From contig NC_081373.1 of assembly GCF_030684315.1 (NCBI RefSeq), positions 30,419,989-30,483,988 on the forward strand: a stretch of DNA of 64,000 bases, given 5' to 3'. Below are positions 50,715-61,099 of the stretch, piece by piece; the stretch's first letter is position 1, and every line of letters begins with the position of its first letter. The position numbers were made by a program, and so were the translations under genes. Source of the DNA: Stegostoma tigrinum (Eukaryota). Under the pieces are notes generated by a model. It saw only the letters and a list, made by a program, of their open reading frames with translations. It did not search any database and was not told where the DNA came from.

Positions 50715-52887
50715 CAATGGTCAATTTTGTAGATGTATTTCAGATTTTATATATATTAACAATTTTAAAAATTCTTGCATGGGATGTGGCGGTCATTGGC
50801 AATGCTAGCATTTGTTGCCCGAACTGCCTTTGGGTTAAGTGACTTGCTAGAGCCGTTTCTGTCAGCATTTAAGAGTCGGCCACATTTCTGAGGGTCTGGA
50901 GTAACATCCAGGTCAGTCTAGGTGAGGATGGCAGATTTCCTTACCTCAAGTGAACCAGTTTTTCTTTTTAACCACAGTCACTATTTGACTAACATTTCAA
51001 TACAGCTTTACTGAATTCACATCTCACAATGTAGTCTGATTCGAATCTTTGCCCTCCAGAATATTGGCTTGGACAGTATCCAGTGACATCAACAATTTGC
51101 TACAACCCTCCCTCACCTATAAATGCACTTACGGTACCATTTTATTGGCTGTATTCTGTTCATCCTCCCGTAAATGTTTACGTCCGATCAAACTTTAACA
51201 AACATCTACCATCACAAGCTGAATAATGGAAAAATGCACCGTGAATAAATCCCTATACTGCATGTAAGTTTTTGTTGTGCTTGCAGTGCAGAACTCTAGC
51301 AAAAAAAACTTCCTTATCGCGAACGATGACAAGTACTGTGTCTTTTCCGGAGAATTAGAATGGACTCATTGAAGACTGGACACAAAAAATCATTGGAACC
51401 GACTTCTCATAGGAACTGTATGCTTTCCTCATGAGGCCATCATTCAGTCCCGCCCAAAACCAACTCCAAATGTTCATAATTTCTTTCCTATTATAGAATA
51501 ACTCATACTTTTTAGTTACTGACCAGAATAGTTTGAGTCTGCTGCAACGATCCTATTAAAGTCCTCAAATGGTTAATTTTTAAAGTTATCTTCTACAGAG
51601 TTGTTGTGAAATGTCCTGCCTTTTGGCAGTTTTAAGTGGCTCTGCCAGAGCAACGGATTAGAATTCAATGTGAGTGCTGTCTTTAAATTGCTTTGACGCC
51701 AGGTGGGATTCAGACCTGACCTGTCCTGATGGCAGCTGATGGCTTGAAACAAGCTGGAATCAATATTCACAGCGGGTGTCCTCTGCTGATAAGACTGTCC
51801 AAGACAATGTTCACTATCAAAGTAGACAGCTGAGATATTACACTATTAGTGATGTTGTTTTAAATAACTTGCTCAATCTCTTATTCTAGTTAATGAATTT
51901 TACAGTATAGATACTATCAGCAAGATAGAATCATTGCAAACCAGTAATATCCAAAACACTGTAGGAAATTATATTCAGATTTTCAAAGAAATGGTTGAGA
52001 GGGAAAATTCAAATAGGAAAGCGGTACCACACAAAAATAGGTCATACCCTTTATCGGCTGGAGAGGTTGCCCATCGAAGAGAAAAATCGTTAGTTACTAT
52101 ATAGATTGGTAAGAAACGTTATCTTGGTAATTACCATCAAGTGTGATTAATTACTTATTCATTGGTAAATTAATTAAATTCTGCCCTCCTATCTGGACAG
52201 ACTTTGCGTAATATATAGCTTACCTTCCATTTTCTTTATCATAACTTATGGCACATATTTTACACGTTTCCTTATAATACAAATATTACGCCCTCACTCA
52301 ATGCTGCGAGATTTAGCAGCGCCGATACTTGTGTTCTGTGATAAATTACTGTATTTGAAAATCGCACGTGTTTGAAAATTATAAGAAGAGTCGTCTTTCA
52401 TTGTCTAATGTTTTGAAGGATATTCATACACAATCACTTTAAGGCATCCTTTAGCCACAATGTAATCTCTAAAGGGCACGGAAGACACTGATTCGAACAT
52501 TTATGTCATAAACTGGTATGACTTACTTTTGGATTAATTTTAATACACTGGCAGTATGTACTGAATTGAATAGGTGGATAATAAAATGTCATTCAGATTT
52601 CCATACTATATTCTGTAATCGCTATCGGAAAATATTTCAGTAAATATTATCGCTATTTGCCGGCATTGATTCTTGTGTTGTACGACACAGCCCGGTGCTG
52701 TGGAAATATAGCGCGGATTGGACACTGTGCAGAGTTAAGGTTGTACACCAATTATTGCCTGAGACTTTGGGAAGTAGCACTATCGCGCAGGCTATTGGCA
52801 TGTGTAGTCCACTTCCTCTTGAGCTAAACAACTCGCAGCATCTAACAGACTGCATTTCCCGAAATGCAGCGTGTTGTAATGTCCATG

Positions 52888-53012
52888 ATGGCCGAATGGT
52901 GTAAACCCGCAGAAAGCGTGAGAGGAGTGCTGTTAGATATTAGTGGGGTTCTGTATGACAGTGGGCAAGGAGGAGGGATTCCCATTGCCGGCTCAACAGA
53001 AGCGGTCAGAAG
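52888..53012 (+). CDS. LHPP: Phospholysine phosphohistidine inorganic pyrophosphate phosphatase, coding exon 1 (125 nt from the conserved ATG)
   Basis: Manually read MAEWCKPAESVRGVLLDISGVLYDSGQGGGIPIAGSTEAVR (HAD motif I variant DISGVL typical of LHPP), then AG|GTGAGT donor. Absent from the ORF track in this frame. Confidence 0.93.
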
Positions 53013-53846
53013 GTGAGTGGCAAACCTGCATTGCAAGCACTTTCGCTCAGCCGGGGAGAAGCTCACCTCCAGTTCTCTGTGGAGTGGCACAGCGTCGGTT
53101 CCTTACCAGGCAAACAACAAACACTAGCCTTTTTGAGGATATTGTATATGCCGCTGACTCTCTTAGAATATACAATAGAGTGTGGTGGCCAGCCTCCACC
53201 TCTTTAGTGGCTACTAATGAACCATAAAAACTGGACCGAACAATCGAGTGGTACAAAAACAGAAAGTGCTGGAGAAATAGACTTGCTGAGTTTCTCCGGC
53301 GCTTTCTGTTATTTTGTTTCAGATCGCCAGCAACCGCTTTGTTTTGTTTTAATCAAATAGTTCAGTCTGTTTCTGGCCGAGACACCCAACATATTCACTC
53401 GACTCCTCCATTTATTTTGAAAACCATCTATTATTTAAATTTCCAGAGTTTTCCTTAAAAGCTCCCACTCTTTGTGATATCAGCTGAAAGTGCTGGGGTA
53501 AAACCCGCTGAACACAACATAGCAAAAGCTCATTCCCTTAGATTTCGTACTGCACACCTTCATAACTTTATTGTAGTTGAAACTTAAATAACAATCCCAA
53601 GTGTTTTTCTTTCCCTAAATAGACTCCTTTTTCTATTTTTTTCAAATTGACACTTTGCTTGAAATCACACAGGACGACTGACATTCATTGAGTGTATTGG
53701 GAAATTAGAAAAGCCTCCAATGATTTTATGAAACAGTTCTGTGACCTAAATGATGATAGGGAGGGAAATGTCAGCTAAGATCCAATTCCAGTTTGTTATC
53801 CATCTATTAGATGTGACCTGGGCTTAGAACAATATTAGGCTAGCTA

Positions 53847-54501
53847 GAAAGTTGCCACCCAGGTTGACAGGGCTGTTTAGAAGGCATACAGTGTTTTAGC
53901 TTTTATTAATAGAGGGATCAAGTTCCGGAACCAAGAGGTTATGCTGCAGCTGTACAAAACTCTGGTGCGGCCGCACTTGGAGTATTGTGTACAGTTCTGG
54001 TCACCGCATTATAAGAAGGATGTGGAAGCTTTGGAAAGGGTGCAGAGGAGATTTACTAGGATGTTGCCTGGTATGGAGGGAAGGTCTTATGAGGAAAGGC
54101 TGAGGGACTTGAGACTGTTTTCGTTAGAGAGAAGAAGGTTGAGAGGTGACTTAATTGAGACATATAAAATAATCAGAGGGTTAGATAGGGTGGATAGGGA
54201 GAGCCTTTTTCCTGGGATGGTGACGGCGAGCACGAGGGGGTATAGCTTTAAATTGAGGGGTGAAAGATATAGGACAGATGTCAGAGGTAGTTTCTTTACT
54301 CAGAGAGTAGTAAGGGAATAGAATGCTTTGCTTGCAACTGTAGTAGATTCGCCAACTTTAAGTACATTTAAGTCGTCATTGGATAAGCATATGGACGTAC
54401 ATGGAATAGTGTAGGTTAGATGGGCTTCAGATCGGTATGACAGGTCGGCACAACATCGAGGGCCGAAGGGCCTGTACTGTGCTGTTATGTTCTATGTTCT
54501 A
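53847..54501 (+). mobile_element. Young 5'-truncated CR1 LINE
   Basis: MLQLYKTLVRPHLEYCVQFWSP...FFTQRVV; (TATGTTC)n tail. Confidence 0.92.
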
Positions 54502-54809
54502 GTTGTAGTGATCTCCGTCCTGTCCACTGTCACCCAGAAGAATATAAAATCATACAGCATGGAAACAGACCCTTTGATGCAACCAGTCTGTGCTGAATTA
54601 AACTAGTCCGACCTGCCTGCTCCTGGCGCTATCCCTCCAAACCTATAGATAGGAATATTTATATACCTATCTAAATGTCTTTTGAATGTTGTAATTGTAC
54701 CCACATCTACGACTTCCTTAGGAAGTCCATTCTACCTGTGAACCACCCTCTGGAGCCTCATCCAACAAGTTTACAGGAAGGCGGGCATTACCACCCTGCA
54801 TCTCCCGAC

Positions 54810-55050
54810 TAATCAACCTGTTCTGGAGTAGGTGGAACTTGAACCCTGTACTTTCTGGCACAGAGGTAGGGACACTACCACTGCACCACAAGAGCCATCC
54901 TTCCTATCCTCATCCTTTATTTATGAAAGGCAGTTTTTATGATGTTCTAATCAACCTGTTGAGACGTGTTATCATGCACCTCTGGAGCAGGTAGGACTTG
55001 AATCAGCGTCTCCTGGTTCAGAGGTAGGGACAGTACTGCTGATCCAGAAC
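54810..55050 (-). repeat. Two tandem tRNA-like SINE heads
   Basis: Repeated aatcaacctgtt...ctggag(t/c)aggt..acttgaa...cagaggtagggaca. Minus strand reads tggtgcagtggtagtgtccctacctctg...ggttcaagttcc. Confidence 0.55.
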
Positions 55051-55829
55051 AGCGTTCCTTCCTACCCTTGTCCTATGTTTAGGAACATAGGTGAGGCACC
55101 ACTTTATGCCCACAGCCAAAACAGAAATCGACACAGTATTTAAAGTGCCTAATAAAATACCAGAGTGATTTGTTGATTTGGGAAAAGTAACAGTTGTCTG
55201 TAACAGCATTTCTAGATATGAAAAAAGACAAAACATGAACATTCTTCACCCCCCACCTCATCTTTTGATGGTTTATATCATCTTTAACAGTCTGCATGTA
55301 AATTGTTCACTTGGAAACTCAGTGATTTGTTGGTGGTTAATAGATGGAAAAAAAGTATCACAGATATGGTGATGGGAAAAAATGTCATTTATGTGTAACA
55401 ATACTTCTGGATTTTAAAAAAATAGCTTTAATAAAACTCCTGGGTGAGCTATCATTCTGGTTTCATTCCTTTGCACATACTTCAGAGCCTCAGTCCCTTC
55501 ACATAATGAAGGTACTGAAACTAAACACCTGACAGTGAACATATTGATGATTTCAGGTGTAATTTGACTAGTTGGTGCCCCAGCTCTTTAAACACCCTCA
55601 ACAGAATAGTATATCTTGTTCTAACTATGATATTGGCTTTTATATGGACCAGGACAACTGGATCCTCCTTGGCCCATTCCAAGTTCATTCCAGGTATAGG
55701 AATCCTGGCACCAATCAGACAATGTAACTTGTGCAGCTCTCTGTCATGGTTGCAGAGAGTTGTATCTATTTCCTTAGCTATACTGTCTTCGAACACTACT
55801 ACATTCCTTTTTTACTTCTCAAAGATTTA

Positions 55830-56075
55830 AGAAGGTCATGAGAGACAACTTCTTCATGCAGAGAGTGGTCTGTATATGGAATGGGCTGCTAGAGAAAGAG
55901 TTTGAAGCAGGTACAATAGCAACATTTAAAAAAAAAATTTAGATAGGTACATTGATGGGAAGGGTTTAGAGGGATATGGAACAAATGTGGGCAATTGGAA
56001 CTAGCTGATTGGGCACCATGGCAAGCACGGACCAATTTGGGCTGAAGGGCCCGTTTCCATGCTGTGTTACTCTAT
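55830..56075 (+). mobile_element. CR1 3'-end fragment
   Basis: FFMQRVVCIWNGL plus gggctgaagggcccgtttccatgctgt tail. Confidence 0.7.
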
Positions 56076-58339
56076 GACTTTATTCTCCTTATTTGAGTAG
56101 CTTATACCAAAGTCAGTTTGGTCGTCCACCTTGTAAAGTTTGCTATTGTCGATACCAGCCTCGGGAGCCTTACAGCTATTGGTTAAGGCCAAAGACCAAG
56201 GCCTCTTCAACACTGTACATGGAATTCCCTTACTTGCTTGACTTTTAATCACACTTTCCTATTCTTTACCATTAAACAGACTTGGACTGTCTACTAATGC
56301 ACAAGGTGTTTCAGGCATCCTGAAACAAAAATGTTAAAACAACTGTGTCTTTCCAGTCTGCCCTGAAATGTTTGCACCTCTGACTTAATCTTAATGCGTG
56401 TCAGTTGAAATACCTTGGAAAACAGACATCACTGATGTGATGGTGTAGGTTCACTGTGCTATCAACAGATCCTTACGTATTGCAGTTGCAGCAAACCTCT
56501 GCCACTTTGTTGTAACCTTGACTTAATGAATTAATTAGTCTATATAGTTAATCAACTGTGCTTACAATTATTAGTGTTTAACTAATATTTGATAATAATT
56601 ACATTGACCTATAACTTAATGCTTTTACTCCAATGCAAGTTGATGTAAGTACCAGATCAACAAAAATAAGCTCTTTTTCTCTTTGCAGTAAACTTTTGCA
56701 TTCTAGCAATATTCTATGACTGTTCTGTGCTTTAATAATTAGCATAAAAATGTTATTGAAGTGGTTTTTTAACAACAAGAATTTCAGAAGAGAAAGGATC
56801 ATTTCTGAAGAATGCTTCAGGATCCATTAAGGAGCTTAGCATAATGTTGAAAGTTTACGCTGAGCATTGAAACAGTTGTTCAGTTTCTATCTATAAATGC
56901 CACAGGTAGTTTTGAAAATAAACTTGTTATTTTCTACACCTATTATGTTTGTTGAAGGTCAATACTTTCTAACATTGTAGATAAAAAGTACAACAACTAT
57001 TCAAACTATTCAGTTAACAAGTGCATGTCTTTGATCTGCAGGGGCTATTGTGGGAAGTGGTAATGTCACTGCCTCTTTGTACTAACACGTCTGGACTGGT
57101 TGATGAGAAATAATTGTGGTGTTTTGAAGGAGAGTAGAGTTTTCCTGATGTCCAGATTGAATGAAATGCTTCATCAATTTAAACAAAAAAAAAATTCATG
57201 AAACTTAGTGTTGTGCAGGTGTACCGATAATGTTGTATAGATTTCAGCAGTGACTACATTTTATTGACTGCACAGTGTTTTAGTCATGTTGGGAGCATGA
57301 AATACATCATGGAAATACAAAAATATGTTAAAATCATACTTTTTGTATATGTGCCAAGAGTAGGAAAACCTTGACTTTTGTATAGTTGCAATATTCCAAT
57401 AGTTTTTATGTTACAGTGGGAGGCTTGACCTGATTGCAGGTTTAATCACAGCCTTCTGCTTTAATTAGCTTTAATAATCCCTTTCTTTTCCTACCATCTC
57501 TTGCCCACCCCCCATCCACACTCCTTGACCCCTGCCTGATTCCAGCACAAAGGATTATGGAATTTTCATTATTGTCATTACTAATTGAAATGATTTTATG
57601 TGAATTATGAATGTACAGCATTAGAAATTGTTATTTCTGATGTGATGAGGTTTTTTTTCAGCATGGGTCGTTTGCCACCTGTTCCTGTGGTCAATTACCT
57701 TATTGGACTATAATTAATATTGTATGATAAAAATTAAAGAAATGTGCCTTTAGAGTGTTTCATTAAGCTTAATCTTGTAAATTTGCTCATTTTTGGCTTG
57801 GAGTAGAATTACTTCCACAATCCTCAAAAGGCTAGTTGTCAGTAACAGGAAATTGTTAAGTTGCCAGAATTGTAATTCTACTGGAAGATGTGATTTATGA
57901 TTTCTTTTCTTATTTTGGATTTACAAGATACCTTGAGTCTATTGTGGTTTAATTTATCCAAAAATTGCACTAATTTATTAAATCCAGGTCAAAAATAGGT
58001 AAACACCATGATATTCTTTATTCCTATGAATATTTAATTTACTGTTAGCGGTTATCCTTTCATATTTAAACCAAAATAATAAAAACACATAATGCAGAAT
58101 AAATTGAGTTTTTTTAATTTTAGAAACACATTCTTGACTTTTCTATGTCTCTTCCTGGCTTTAACTGATTAGAATCTGACTGAATTAAAAGCTGGTCAAT
58201 GACTGTAGAGCATGTGATATAGCGAGATTGAATGTTCAGAAAAAATTTACCAAGTATACCGGAAGTATGAAGCCAGAACCCAGTCTGTCACCTGCGAAAG
58301 GAAAATCAGCTAGGGTGCCTGAATCTGATTAGTTTGCTG

Positions 58340-59105
58340 TTTTATTCATTCACGGGTGTGGGCTTTATTGACAGCCAGCATTTATTGCGCATCCCTGAAT
58401 ACCCTTGAGAAGGTAGTGATGTGCTGCCTTTTTGAACAGTTGCACTCTGTTTGGTGTAGGTATACCCACAGTGCTGGTAGGGAAGTAAAGGATTTCCAGG
58501 GTTTTGATGCAGCGACATCAAAGTAATGGAAATATATTTCTAAGAGATGGCGCGTGGCTTGTGAGGAACTTGCAATTGGTGCTGTTCCCATATATCTGCT
58601 GCTCTGATCTTTCTAGATGGCAGTGTTCACGTGATTAGAAGGTGCTATTAAAGCAGCTTTGGGGAATTTCTGAAATGCATATTGTAGATGGTACACAGTG
58701 CTACTACTGAGCTTCAGTGGTGGATGAACTGAACGTGTGTATGTGGCACCAGTCAAGTGGGCTGCTTTGTCCTGTGTGGTGTCAAGCTTTTTGAGTGTTG
58801 CAGGAGCTGAACTCATCCAAGCAAATGAGGTATAATTCAGCTCACTCTTGACTAGTGCCTAGTAGATGGTGGACAAGGAGCCAGAAGGTGAGTCACTTGT
58901 GCAGGGTTCCTGCTCTAATAGGCACAGTATTTATACAGCTAGCCTGGTTCAGTTTTTGGTTCATATTAAATCCTTGGCTGTTAATAGTGCATGATTCAAT
59001 GATGTTACTGTCATTGAATATCTAGGGTCATGGATAGATTTTCTTTTGTTAGAGATGATCATTGCCTGGCAGTTGTGTGACATGAATGCCAGTTGTTAGC
59101 CCAAA
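58340..59105 (-). mobile_element. L2/CR1-group LINE 3' fragment
   Basis: Minus-strand ORF remnant MSSAPATLKKLDTTQDKAAHL; 3' tail shared with the SINE at 59119-59652. Confidence 0.6.
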
Positions 59106-59118
59106 CTGGATATTATTT

Positions 59119-59652
59119 GGCGAAGGCAATGGCCTAATGGTATTATAACTGGACCATTAATCCAGAGACCCAGATACTGTACTAGGGATAACAAAGTGTA
59201 GAGCTGGATGAACACAGCAGGCCAAGCAGCATCAGAGAAGTAGGAAAGCTGACATTTCAGGTCTCGACCCGAAACGTCAGCTTTCCTGCTCCTCTGATGC
59301 TGCTAGGCCTGCTGTATTCATCCAGCTCTGCACCTTGTTAGCTCAGATTCTCCAGCATCAGCAGTTCCTACTATTTCTCTACTACTGTACTAGGGACCCG
59401 GGTTTGAATCCCGCCGTGGCAGATGATGGAATTAAGAGACTAATGATGATTGTGAATCGATTATGGATAGTTGGAAAAACTCCTCTGGTTCACTGATGTC
59501 CTTCAGGGAAGGAAACTGCCATCTTTACCTGATCGGGGCTACATGTGACTCCAGACCCACAGCAATGTGGTTGACTCTCAACTGCCCTATGGGCAATTAG
59601 GGATGGGCAATAAATGCTGCCTAGCCAGTGATGCCCTCATGAATGAATAAAG
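59119..59652 (+). mobile_element. tRNA-derived SINE with L2-type tail, interrupted by a PLE mini-hairpin
   Basis: A-box-like TGGCCTAATGG, B-box GGTTTGAATCC, tail gggcaataaatgctgcctagccag...gaatgaataaa. A related minus-strand copy lies at ~50770-51070. Confidence 0.7.
59189..59382. mobile_element. Mini-hairpin from PLE 3' ends, nested in a SINE
   Basis: Inverted arms plus tail; 14-bp TSD TACTGTACTAGGGA at 59175-59188 and 59383-59396. Confidence 0.85.
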
Positions 59653-59658
59653 AACATA

Positions 59659-60483
59659 GACAAGCTGCAGAGCTGGGCTGAGAGGTGGCAAATGGAGTTT
59701 AATGCAGACAAGTGTGAGGTGATACACTTTGGTAGGAGTAACCGGAATGCAAAGTACTGGGCTAATGGTAAGATTCTTGGTAGTGTAGATTAGCAGAGAG
59801 ATCTCGGTGTTCATGTACACAGATCCTTGAAAGTTGCCACCCAGGTTGACAGGGCTGTTAAGAATGCATACAGTGTTTTGGCTTTTATTAATAGAGGGAT
59901 CAAGTTCCGGAACCAAGAGGTTATGCTGCAGCTGTACAAAACTCTGGTGCGGCCGCACTTGGAGTATTGCGTACAGTTCTGGTCACCGCATTATAAGAAG
60001 GATGCGGAAGCTTTGGAAAGGGTGCAGAGGAGATTTACTAATATGTTGCCTGGTATGTAGGGAAGGTGTTACGAGGAAAGGCTGAGGGACTTGAGGCTGT
60101 TTTCAGTAGAGAGAAGAAGGTTGAGAGGTGACTTAATTGAGACATATAAAATAATCAGAGGGTTAGATAGGGTGGATAGGGAGAGCCTTTTTCCTGGGAT
60201 GGTGACGGCAAGCACGAGGGGGCATAGCTTTAAATTGAGGGGTGAAAGATATAGGACAGATGTCAGAGGTGGTTTCTTTACTCAGAGAGTAGTAAGGGAA
60301 TAGAATGCTTTGCTTGCAACTGTAGTAGATTCGCCAACTTTAAGTACATTTACGTCGTCATTGGACAAGCATATGGCCATACATGGAATAGTGTAGGTTA
60401 GATGGGCTTCAGATCGGTATGACAGGTCGGCACAACATCGAGGGCCGAAGGGCCTGTACTGTGCTGTAATGTTCTATGTTCTA
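59659..60483 (+). mobile_element. Young 5'-truncated CR1 LINE, near-identical to 53847-54501
   Basis: Same ORF2 C-terminus and tail; possible TSD AATAAAG at 59646-59652 and 60483-60489. Confidence 0.92.
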
Positions 60484-61099
60484 ATAAAGCCACATCTTGC
60501 TGCATTTGGCCATAGCCTGCTGGTATCTGGTGGCTTTCCATGAAATGCAAATATAACAGAAACATGTTGCAAATAATTTAAAATGTGTAAAGTGGTATGT
60601 TGCATTATATAGAGGGTTACTTTTTTTTTAAAAATGGGATGTATGTTTGAAATATAATTCAACAAGAAAGCATTAGGAAAGAACTCATCAGACTGTTAAG
60701 CAAACTCAGATTACAGATGAAAGTGTGTTCTAAGTGTGCACAATAGTCACTTTTGGACTACTGCTACTTGTGCATCAATTCAACATAGTCAAAGAAGCAT
60801 GTGTTGGAGGACATATATGTTGCAAAGAGGTTGCAAAGGTCGGTAAGAGGTCGTGGAATGTTTTAAAGATGCTGACAGATATTTGAAATGAAATATAGTG
60901 GCGGACAATATAGACCTATTTGGAAGAAGAAGCATAGAACCTATTGTGGCACATTGTAGTCAGCTGAATTGGAGTCTGTAATGGGTGGTAGATGAGAGGT
61001 CTTTGGAGAACTGAACTTCAGGATTGACATAAAAATGAATAAAGATTTCAGCAGTGGAAGGACTGAGTTAATCCAGATGCTGGCAATGATACTGAAGAA

